Source: [Candidatus Thermochlorobacteriaceae] bacterium GBChlB (GTDB lineage Bacteria; Bacteroidota; Chlorobiia; Chlorobiales; Thermochlorobacteraceae). From it: DNA of 64,000 bases. A model generated the notes under the pieces. That model saw nothing but the letters and a program-made list of their open reading frames with translations, was not told the origin of the DNA and made no database searches. Position numbers and translations under genes: made by a program. Positions 55,760 through 63,566 of the stretch are shown here, piece by piece. The stretch is taken from positions 15,647 through 79,646 of the forward strand of contig JPGV01000018.1 in assembly GCA_000724175.1 (NCBI GenBank), in the 5' to 3' direction. Positions within the stretch are counted from its first letter, which is position 1; the number at the start of each line of letters is the position of its first letter.

Positions 55760-57559
55760 TTAGCTCAAATCGAACTGCAACTCGGAGAGATTGCGATAGA
55801 CGCCGTTCTCGAGTTCCATGAGTTCTGAGTGCGTGCCTTGCTCGACGGCTTGACCGTCTTTGACGACGACGATTTTATCTGCCGTGCGCACTGTGGATAA
55901 GCGGTGTGCGATGATAAACGACGTTCGTCCTTCCATCAAGTGGTCGAGCGCGTCCTGCACAAGCTTTTCCGATTCGGAATCGAGCGAGCTTGTGGCTTCG
56001 TCCAAAATCAGAATGGCGGGATTTTTCAGAATGGCTCTGGCGATAGCAACGCGCTGGCGCTGTCCGCCCGAAAGTTTTATGCCGCGCTCGCCGACGACAG
56101 TGTTGTAGCCTTCGGGAAACCCTGAAATAAATTCGTGCGCGTTGGCTTTTTTGGCGGCGTCAATAATTTCCGCTTCGCTTGCAGTTGGTTTGCCATAAGC
56201 GATGTTTTCCAAAATGCTGCCACCGAAGAGCAAGACGTCTTGCGGCACAATCGACATTTGCGCACGCAGTTCCGAGAGCGGGTAGTCGCGCGACTCGCGC
56301 CCGTCAATTAAAATGCGCCCTTTGTCTGGTTCATAGAACCGCAAAATGAGCGAGACAATCGTCGATTTGCCTGCGCCCGACGGACCGACGAAGGCGACGC
56401 GCTCGCCCGACTTTGCCGAGAACGAAATCCCTTTCAAGACTTTCACTTCTTTGCGCGAGGGATAGCTAAACTCTACGTCTTGAAACTCGACGTCGCCGCA
56501 GCAGCGTGGCAGCATAGCTGGCGCACTGTGGATGCCGACGGCTTCGCCTGTCTCGCGCAGAATTTCGCGCACGCGCTCGGTTGCGCCGACCGCCTTTTGA
56601 ATTTGGCTGTAAAGTTCCGCGAAACTGCCCATTGCTGCGCCGACGAAGGTGGTGTAGAGAATAAACGACGTCAGTTCGCCAATCGTCAACTCGCCGCTTC
56701 GAACAAAACGGCTGCCGACCCACAGCACCAAAATAATCGCGCCGAACAGCCCGAAGATGATGAACGAAAAAAACGCGGCACGAAACTGTGCATTCTTCAA
56801 GACGGTGCCAAGGTATGTAGAAATGCTTCTGCCATAGCGCGTAATTTCAAACTGTTCGTTTGAAAAAGCTTTGACGTTCGCAATGCCCTGCAAGGTCTCT
56901 TCAATGACGGTGCTGCTATCGGCGAGCTTGTCTTGTGCTTCGCGCGAGAGTTGTCGAATTTTTCGACCAAAGTAAACGGCAAGTGCAACGAGCAGCGGCA
57001 CGGCGGAGAGCATGACGAGCGTCAGTTGTGGCGATGTGTAAAAAATCAATCCTAAGCCGCCGATAAGTATCATGGTTTGGCGCAAGAGTTGCGCCAGCGT
57101 GAAGGTAAGCGTCTCTTGAATCTGCGAGAGGTCGGCAGAAAGGCGGCTGGTCAATTCGCCGACGCGACGCTGCGCAAAGAACGACATCGGCAGCGTGATA
57201 AGCTTAGCGTAAGACGTTTTGCGAAGGTCGACCAAACTGTTCTCGCCGACTTGCACAAACCAAATCGATTGATAGTATCCGAACACGGATTGCGCTGCCA
57301 ATGCAACGAAAAGCACCAGCGCGATGGCATCAATATCGCCGAGCCAGCCGTCGGATTTTCCCGCGAGCGCGCCGTCAATCAATTTGCCCGTTACAGCTGG
57401 AAAGACAAGTCCCAACAGACTTGATACCGCCAGCGCAACCAGTGCAGCAATAAATTTCCACTTGTAAGGCAGAACATATTTGAAGAGTTCAACCGCCTCT
57501 CTGAGCGATTCCTTAGTAAGTTTTGCCGCTGGAACATCGGGCTTTTGTTCTTTCGCCAT
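55760..57559 (-). CDS. ABC exporter, fused permease/ATPase (MsbA/multidrug type)
   Basis: 599 aa with six N-terminal TM helices, Walker A GPSGAGKST, signature LSGGQRQR and Walker B LILDEATS. Confidence 0.85.
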   Translation of the reverse strand: MAKEQKPDVPAAKLTKESLREAVELFKYVLPYKWKFIAALVALAVSSLLGLVFPAVTGKLIDGALAGKSDGWLGDIDAIALVLFVALAAQSVFGYYQSIWFVQVGENSLVDLRKTSYAKLITLPMSFFAQRRVGELTSRLSADLSQIQETLTFTLAQLLRQTMILIGGLGLIFYTSPQLTLVMLSAVPLLVALAVYFGRKIRQLSREAQDKLADSSTVIEETLQGIANVKAFSNEQFEITRYGRSISTYLGTVLKNAQFRAAFFSFIIFGLFGAIILVLWVGSRFVRSGELTIGELTSFILYTTFVGAAMGSFAELYSQIQKAVGATERVREILRETGEAVGIHSAPAMLPRCCGDVEFQDVEFSYPSRKEVKVLKGISFSAKSGERVAFVGPSGAGKSTIVSLILRFYEPDKGRILIDGRESRDYPLSELRAQMSIVPQDVLLFGGSILENIAYGKPTASEAEIIDAAKKANAHEFISGFPEGYNTVVGERGIKLSGGQRQRVAIARAILKNPAILILDEATSSLDSESEKLVQDALDHLMEGRTSFIIAHRLSTVRTADKIVVVKDGQAVEQGTHSELMELENGVYRNLSELQFDLS

Positions 57560-57653
57560 AATTGCAGACGTGTTTGTATCGGTGAAAATCGTTCAGGAAG
57601 GATTGTTCAACACAGCAAACGCGAAGTTACGGAATTTGTTGCTTAAAAGGACG

Positions 57654-57661
57654 TATCTTTA
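57654..57661 (+). promoter_or_regulatory. Candidate -7 box (TATCTTTA) for the GNAT gene
   Basis: The motif acgTATCTTTA ends 26 nt upstream of ATG 57688. Confidence 0.3.
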
Positions 57662-57687
57662 ATACCGAAATTGTATTTGCCACCGCC

Positions 57688-58311
57688 ATGTTCAACCGTA
57701 TCAAGCAACGGCGCTTTCGTTTTCCAGCCATGCCGCGCTCAAGGCGCTTACGCTTTAAGCGTGTCGCGAAAAAAGACGGTGATGCAATTTTCAACGCATT
57801 TTGCCGCGACGACAACCCCTTCGTTTCCATTGAGTTCAAAGACCGCGAGAAAGCCAACGATTGGGCAGACTATTCAGCGACGGGCGCGTTTCGCAGCAAA
57901 CACGCTGGCTGCGACTGGCTGATGTATGACGATAACAACCGCCTCGTCGGACTCTTGCACTACTACGACCTTTCGCGTGAGACGTTCAACAACAATCACA
58001 AGCGCTGTTCCATCGGCATTACAATTGCCGCGCCTTTCCGTCGGCAAGGATACGGCGAAGAAGCAGTTGTTGCGCTGTTGAGATATATTCTCACCAAACA
58101 GCCCAACATTGACCATATCTTAGCATACACCGATAAACGCAATACCGCAAGCGCGTCGCTCTTTCGCAACCTCGGTTTCTCGGAAAACGTAACGGACTAT
58201 CTTCGGCACGACGATTTTTACTACTTCACGCTCACGCGCTTGGAACTCTCTGCTCGATTTAACCAAACTGAACGTTCTGCGCCGCTCGTCTCACGAATTT
58301 TTCAACGCTAA
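57688..58311 (+). CDS. GNAT-family N-acetyltransferase (RimJ/RimL-like)
   Basis: 207 aa with the acetyl-CoA binding region IAAPFRRQGYGEEAVVALLRY. Confidence 0.7.
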   Translation: MFNRIKQRRFRFPAMPRSRRLRFKRVAKKDGDAIFNAFCRDDNPFVSIEFKDREKANDWADYSATGAFRSKHAGCDWLMYDDNNRLVGLLHYYDLSRETFNNNHKRCSIGITIAAPFRRQGYGEEAVVALLRYILTKQPNIDHILAYTDKRNTASASLFRNLGFSENVTDYLRHDDFYYFTLTRLELSARFNQTERSAPLVSRIFQR

Positions 58312-58421
58312 CCCTTAAACGACAGCGACGGAAAAAGATTTTTTCATCAGAAACGTTTTCGAGAAATTTAACTTTTTCTTAAACTGAAAGAATCTTGACA
58401 CATGCTGCTGCACATATCGCT

Positions 58422-59210
58422 ATGACCAAAGAAGATGTTTTACAACGAGTGCCGCCGCTAAGACTGCCGCCTGTGCAAGACCTTGCCGTTGGCAGAACCT
58501 TAGTGGTCATTCCAACATACAACGAAGCCGAAAACATTCCACTCGTCGTTGAAATGCTGACGAGTTTGGAAATTCCCTCGCTCGAGATTCTCATCATTGA
58601 CGACAACTCGCCCGACGGCACGGCGCTCATTGTTGAAGCGTTGATGCAGAAAAATAAACGTCTGCACCTCATCAAGCGCGAAGGCAAGTTAGGACTCGGA
58701 ACGGCTTACGTGCGTGGCTTTAAGTTCGCGTTAGAAAAAAAATTCGACTTTGTGATGGAAATGGACGCCGACCTATCGCACGACCCGCGTATGATTCCAC
58801 ATTTTTTGGTGGCAATCAAAGACGCGGATTTGGTCATTGGCTCGCGCTATATGGGCGAAGTGGCGAATGTCGTCAACTGGCCGCTGTCTCGCTTAATCCT
58901 TTCCAAAGGCGCAAGCATCTATACACGCACAATTACAGGCATGCCGATTCAAGACCCGACGGGCGGATTCAAATGCTTTCGTAAAGAAGTCTTACAATCG
59001 CTCAACCTCGACGAAATTCGCTCTGGCGGATACTCTTTCCAAATTGAGATGAATTTCAAAACGTGGTGCAAGGGTTTCCGCATCAAAGAAATCCCGATTG
59101 TGTTCGTCGATCGCACCGTTGGCAAATCGAAAATGTCGCGCAAAATTGTCTACGAGGCAATTCGCATGGTGTGGGTGTTGAAGTTCAAGCAGCTTTTCGG
59201 GAGGCTGTAA
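58422..59210 (+). CDS. Polyprenol-phosphate mannose synthase-like GT2 glycosyltransferase
   Basis: VVIPTYNEAENI, IIDDNSPDGT and MDADLSHDP. ATG 58422 is preferred over the TTG at 58395. Confidence 0.8.
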   Translation: MTKEDVLQRVPPLRLPPVQDLAVGRTLVVIPTYNEAENIPLVVEMLTSLEIPSLEILIIDDNSPDGTALIVEALMQKNKRLHLIKREGKLGLGTAYVRGFKFALEKKFDFVMEMDADLSHDPRMIPHFLVAIKDADLVIGSRYMGEVANVVNWPLSRLILSKGASIYTRTITGMPIQDPTGGFKCFRKEVLQSLNLDEIRSGGYSFQIEMNFKTWCKGFRIKEIPIVFVDRTVGKSKMSRKIVYEAIRMVWVLKFKQLFGRL

Positions 59211-59291
59211 CTGCGCGCGCTTAACGCCCTCAGCCAATTCTGCCAACGACTCCGTCTGCGACGACGCGACGCAAAAGCGCGGCGAGTTTCG

Positions 59292-59299
59292 TATCTTTG
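59292..59299 (+). promoter_or_regulatory. Candidate -7 box TATCTTTG (exact TAnnTTTG) for the bi-domain oxidoreductase
   Basis: The motif tcgTATCTTTGcgg ends 30 nt upstream of ATG 59330. It overlaps the track ORF start at 59297, which argues for the ATG 59330 start. Confidence 0.4.
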
Positions 59300-59329
59300 C
59301 GGCTCACAAAAATTCAATGTGCAACCGCT

Positions 59330-61486
59330 ATGCAGCAACTTGTTCAAAACTCCCGTTCTGGCGTCATTAAAATCAATACTGTTCCACCGCCCGCCTTGAA
59401 GCGCGGCATGGTCTTGGTTCGAAATCGGTTCAGCCTGATTTCGGCAGGCACGGAACGCTCGAAAGTCGAGATGGGCAAAAAATCGCTTCTGGGCAAAGCG
59501 ATGGCGCGTCCCGATTTAGTCAAACTCGTGTTGAAACAAGTCAAAGAGCAAGGCTTACTCGATACCGCTGCGCGCGTGATGAATAAACTCGGCACTGATT
59601 CGGCGATGGGCTATTCGTCGGCGGGCGTCGTGATGGAAATATCCGACGATGTATCGGAATTCCGCGTCGGCGAGCGGGTCGCGTGCGCAGGCGGCGGCTA
59701 TGCCTCCCATGCCGAGTTTATCGTTGTGCCGAAAAATCTCGTCGCTAAAATTCCCGACAATGTTTCGTTTCAAGACGCTGCTTATACCACGCTTGGCGCG
59801 ATTGCGATGCAAGGCTTACGACAAGCCAATCCGACGCTCGGCGAAACCATCGTCGTCATCGGGCTTGGCTTGCTGGGACAAATTTTAATTCAACTCTTGA
59901 AAGCCAACGGATGCCGCGTCGTCGGCGTCGACATCAATCCCGACGCAATCGCCTTAGCGGCGCAGCACGGCAGCGACCTTGCCATTTCGCGCAACGAAGA
60001 GACGATTAAAGAACAAATTAAAGCCTTCACAAACGGACACGGCGCAGACGCGGTCATCATCACTGCATCGACCTCTGCCAACGACCCAGTTGAATTTGCC
60101 GCCGATGTGATGCGCGATAGAGGCAGAGTGGTGATGGTTGGCGTTACAGGCATGAACTTGCCGCGCACGCCCTACTACATGAAAGAATTAGAATTTAAAC
60201 TCTCACGCTCCTACGGTGCAGGACGCTACGACGCAACCTACGAAGAAAAAGGGATTGATTATCCGATTGGCTACGTGCGTTGGACCGAAAATCGAAATAT
60301 GCAAACCTTCTTGCAACTGCTTGCCGAAAAAAAACTCAACCTCGAAAAACTCACCACGCACGTCTTTCCGATTGCGCAAGGCGAAGAAGCCTACAAACTC
60401 ATTAGCGGCGAGCGTCAAGAACGCTACATCGGCATCTTGCTCGACTACGGCGAGATACGCGATGACGGCCACACAGCGCATAAGCCGACAGCACTAAAAA
60501 CAAACGGAACAATTTCGAGCGGAAAGGCGAATGCGAAAAACATCGCGTTCATTGGCGCTGGCAGTTTTGCCACGGGCTACCTGATTCCAAACTTGAAATC
60601 CATCGACGGCGTCTCGCTCGATATGGTCTGCAATTCAACGGGGATGACAGCAGAAAGCGTGCGGGCACAGTTCGGATTTAAACGCGCCTCGTCCAACATC
60701 GACGATGTGTTCTCGGACGAGAGCATCGGCACGGTGTTCATCGCCACGCGGCACAATTTGCACGCAGAACTGGTCGTTAGGGCGTTGGAGTCAGGAAAGC
60801 ACGTGTTCGTCGAAAAACCGCTCTCGATTGATGAAGACGGCTTGAACAAAATCATCGCTGCGGCGGAGAGGCATCCGCATCTGCAAGTATTGACGGGCTT
60901 TAACAGGCGATTTAGTGAGCCTGTAAAATTGCTTCGTCAGTATTTTATGCGACTGCAAGAGCCGATTTCCGTCAGCTATCGCGTCAATGCCGGCGCGTTG
61001 CCACCCGACCATTGGACGCAAGATTTGAACGAAGGCGGCGGCAGGCTCATCGGCGAAGGCTGCCACTTCATCGACACCATTCAATACCTCGTCGGCTCTG
61101 AACCCGTGCGTGTTTTTGCGGAAATGCTGCCAACAACAGTGCGCGAAAATTTACTCATCACGATTCGCTTTCAGAACGGCAGCGTCGGCACGATTCAGTA
61201 TCTCTGCAACGGCGATAAACTTTATCCAAAAGAGCGCATTGAAATTTTCGGTGGCAATCGAATCGCCGTGATGGAAAATTTCAAAACTGTGATGCTCTCG
61301 GAGCAAGGCGCGCAGCGCGTCCGCGAGTTCGGCGGTGGCAAAGGTCATAAAGAGGAACTTGCTGCGTTCATGGCGTCGGTCGAGAGCGGCGTTCCAGCGA
61401 TTGAGTTTCGAAGCCAAGTCTTGACCACGCTTGCTACGTTCCGCATCAACGACAGTTTAAACACAGGTTTCGCGGAAGAGATGTAA
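59330..61486 (+). CDS. Bi-domain oxidoreductase (zinc-type alcohol dehydrogenase/MDR + Gfo/Idh/MocA)
   Basis: N-terminal half is MDR with the Rossmann motif VIGLGLLGQ. C-terminal half is Gfo/Idh/MocA with IAFIGAGSFA and VFVEKPL. Confidence 0.8.
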   Translation: MQQLVQNSRSGVIKINTVPPPALKRGMVLVRNRFSLISAGTERSKVEMGKKSLLGKAMARPDLVKLVLKQVKEQGLLDTAARVMNKLGTDSAMGYSSAGVVMEISDDVSEFRVGERVACAGGGYASHAEFIVVPKNLVAKIPDNVSFQDAAYTTLGAIAMQGLRQANPTLGETIVVIGLGLLGQILIQLLKANGCRVVGVDINPDAIALAAQHGSDLAISRNEETIKEQIKAFTNGHGADAVIITASTSANDPVEFAADVMRDRGRVVMVGVTGMNLPRTPYYMKELEFKLSRSYGAGRYDATYEEKGIDYPIGYVRWTENRNMQTFLQLLAEKKLNLEKLTTHVFPIAQGEEAYKLISGERQERYIGILLDYGEIRDDGHTAHKPTALKTNGTISSGKANAKNIAFIGAGSFATGYLIPNLKSIDGVSLDMVCNSTGMTAESVRAQFGFKRASSNIDDVFSDESIGTVFIATRHNLHAELVVRALESGKHVFVEKPLSIDEDGLNKIIAAAERHPHLQVLTGFNRRFSEPVKLLRQYFMRLQEPISVSYRVNAGALPPDHWTQDLNEGGGRLIGEGCHFIDTIQYLVGSEPVRVFAEMLPTTVRENLLITIRFQNGSVGTIQYLCNGDKLYPKERIEIFGGNRIAVMENFKTVMLSEQGAQRVREFGGGKGHKEELAAFMASVESGVPAIEFRSQVLTTLATFRINDSLNTGFAEEM

Positions 61487-61497
61487 CCTTCAGTCTT

Positions 61498-62013
61498 TCA
61501 AAATTTTTGACGAGGAAGCGACTCCTGCTTATCAGAAACGCACAAGGCAATGCTGTTCCACCTTTCTTCAAACGCACTTGCCCGATACCTCAATCGTCCA
61601 ACGCTTGGGTCAATCAACAAAACCGATTCGGCTTCAACGGATTCTACAACGACAAAGTGATTGTCGTTGATGTGCGCGATTGCAGGCAATCCGAGTTTCA
61701 TCAGGTCGTTCAGAGTCGTTTTATAGCCTGTGCAATGCAAGCCTTGTTTGCTCAACGCAGCTTTAATATCGAGTAAGGTTACGCCGCTGTCGCTCGGTTT
61801 CAGGAGCGTGTCTATTGCATCAGGATTTTTGTTGAACGCCATCAATACATTTTTCGCCGCCGCAATGCCGCAATCGTTCCTGTTTTTTTGTCTAATCACA
61901 GTTTCCGTATCCAATACTTCGGTTTTGAACGTTTGACTAATCGCATATCCGGATATCGCTCCAAATACGACGACAAGCGATATGACAAGCAACTGACGAA
62001 ACCTGATGTTCAT
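61498..62013 (-). CDS. Stand-alone C39-family cysteine peptidase domain with an N-terminal membrane anchor or signal
   Basis: 171 aa with N-terminus MNIRFRQ + LLVISLVVVFGAISGYAI. The catalytic set is Q42 (QKNRND), C48 (DCGIAA), H119 (NHFVVV) and D135 (LIDP). The Q-to-C spacing is 6 and the H-to-D spacing is 16, as in bacteriocin-processing C39 domains. The start overlaps the TPR gene stop (ATGA). Confidence 0.75.
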   Translation of the reverse strand: MNIRFRQLLVISLVVVFGAISGYAISQTFKTEVLDTETVIRQKNRNDCGIAAAKNVLMAFNKNPDAIDTLLKPSDSGVTLLDIKAALSKQGLHCTGYKTTLNDLMKLGLPAIAHINDNHFVVVESVEAESVLLIDPSVGRLRYRASAFEERWNSIALCVSDKQESLPRQKF

Positions 62014-63236
62014 TTTTTCTCCGTTGATTTAGTGTTCAGCGCAACCAAATACTCTTGTAACTCTTCCATGAACGTTTGAATCTCCATCAATGAAAGGCTC
62101 ATATCTGCAAGAAATCTCTGTTTTTCATTAAACGCTTGTCCAGAATTATTCGTGTCTGCGGCTGTAAAATTGTTGCCTAACTTTACAAGCAAAGATTTAA
62201 AGTCTTGAAGTTTACGAAACAACTTTTCATTGTTGGTTCTCCGTGCAAGTTCTTCTAAACGAGACCCTATCTCGTTGATTGCCTCTGCCGTGCGCCGGAG
62301 AGCACCGTCAGGATTGACATTGATATTTGTTTGAGCGATGTTTAGTGAGAGACGTTGCTGTCTTGTTATTTCAACCATTTTGACGACGGATTTCTCCACA
62401 TCAAGCGGCAAGGCTTCCACCACAATTTCAGGCGTGTTGTAAAAACGCAACGTGTCGCTTCCAGCTTCCTGCTCATATTTCGCCAGAAACTTTTCCGCAG
62501 CATCGCTGCCTAAACTTCGTGCCTTGACCATATCCAGGTATCCTGCAACTCTCTCGCCCGTCGCCATCCTCACGCTGCCGCGCTCAAAGTATGCTTCGGC
62601 GCTTGCTCTTATCTTGATTGATTCAGTTAGCTCCGTTTCGGCGCGCTCGTATTTTTTTTGCTTCTTGTAAATGAGCGCACGGCGAAGATAGGCTTCGGCG
62701 GTTCTCTCAATCTGTAACGCTTTCGTGAAGTCTTCCAATGCCAGTGAGTCCAAATTTTGCTTGTCGTAACAGATGCCGCGATAAAGCAAACAGTTATACT
62801 GACTATACACCGTCGTGTCTTTTTCGAGTGTAACTGTAAAGTCATTCACTGCATCTGGGTATTCAGCAAGTTGAAGCCGGACAACAGCCCGTCCGAAATA
62901 CAAGTCGGCAAGATTGGAATTAAGAAAAATGGCTTTGGTGAAATCGGCATTGGCGCGCGCGTAATCCTTCAATTGCTTGCGTAGCATTGCGCGATGATGG
63001 TAGCCGTCGATGCTGTCGGGTGCTATCGCAATTGCTTTACTGAAATCTTCCAACGCGCCAAGCGTGTCGTGCGTCAGTTGTTTAAGTTGACCGCGTGCGA
63101 TAAACAACTCTAATGTCGGCGATTTGTTAATTTGCTTATCTATTGAATTCATTTGTTCTTTCAAGAACTGCGCCTCAGTAGTCAATGCAAAGCATATGTA
63201 AGAAACGCCTATTGTAACTTTGAGCCATTGTTTCAT
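62010..63236 (-). CDS. Exported TPR-repeat protein with a C-terminal helical module
   Basis: Start at ATG 63236 (signal-like MKQWLKVTIGVSYICFALTTEAQ). It has several TPR-like 34-mers (ALEDFSKAIAIAPDS..., ANADFTKAIFLNSN..., AVNDFTVTLEKD..., ALEDFTKALQIE...). The track TTG start is 63329. Confidence 0.7.
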   Translation of the reverse strand: MKQWLKVTIGVSYICFALTTEAQFLKEQMNSIDKQINKSPTLELFIARGQLKQLTHDTLGALEDFSKAIAIAPDSIDGYHHRAMLRKQLKDYARANADFTKAIFLNSNLADLYFGRAVVRLQLAEYPDAVNDFTVTLEKDTTVYSQYNCLLYRGICYDKQNLDSLALEDFTKALQIERTAEAYLRRALIYKKQKKYERAETELTESIKIRASAEAYFERGSVRMATGERVAGYLDMVKARSLGSDAAEKFLAKYEQEAGSDTLRFYNTPEIVVEALPLDVEKSVVKMVEITRQQRLSLNIAQTNINVNPDGALRRTAEAINEIGSRLEELARRTNNEKLFRKLQDFKSLLVKLGNNFTAADTNNSGQAFNEKQRFLADMSLSLMEIQTFMEELQEYLVALNTKSTEKK

Positions 63237-63267
63237 CTTATTTCTGCTTGACAAGTTGATTACATTT

Positions 63268-63291
63268 AGAGAGGGAGATGACTCCCTCTCT
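63268..63291 (-). promoter_or_regulatory. Perfect 9-bp stem-loop (AGAGAGGGA-gtcatc-TCCCTCTCT) between the short peptide ORF and the TPR gene
   Basis: Read directly. No U-tract follows, so it is not a canonical terminator. It could be a transcript-stabilising or attenuating hairpin. Confidence 0.5.
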
Positions 63292-63303
63292 AAGACGACT
63301 GCT

Positions 63304-63450
63304 TCAAAGAGGTCCGTTCCCCCAAGCAAACCAGCACCATTCGCCCCACGAAGTTAGTTCGCAACACCAATAGACGCCGGTTCGCCCAAATTGAGTACAA
63401 CTTGGTTCTCTCCCACTTACCCCATCGAGTTGTTCATCGCTGAGTTGCAC
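63304..63450 (-). CDS. Candidate double-glycine-type precursor peptide (48 codons, GTG start), Cys/Trp-rich core
   Basis: Own translation: (V/M)QLSDEQLDGVSG-REPSCTQFGRTGVYWCCELTSWGEWCWFAWGNGPL*. It is below the 60-aa track cutoff. The leader resembles LSxEELxxVxGG and it lies 67 nt upstream of the TPR/C39 genes. The frame stays open upstream of the GTG. Confidence 0.4.
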   Translation of the reverse strand: MQLSDEQLDGVSGREPSCTQFGRTGVYWCCELTSWGEWCWFAWGNGPL

Positions 63451-63554
63451 GGTTTGCGCGACGGTTGCGGTTGTGCGGTGCGGTTCGGAATCACGGTTGC
63501 CGCGCTGCCGCCAAGCAACAGCACGAGCATTGCCAAAGACATGAGCTTTTTCAT
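63417..63554 (-). CDS. Short ORF encoding a Sec-type signal peptide (45 codons), overlapping the precursor ORF in another frame
   Basis: Own translation: MKKLMSLAMLVLLLGGSAATVIPNRTAQPQPSRKPCNSAMNNSMG*. The ATG lies 10 nt after the upstream stop. This may be the true 5' end of the precursor gene if there is a 1-nt indel or a -1 frameshift. Confidence 0.3.
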   Translation of the reverse strand: MKKLMSLAMLVLLLGGSAATVIPNRTAQPQPSRKPCNSAMNNSMG

Positions 63555-63566
63555 TTGTTGGAAAGT

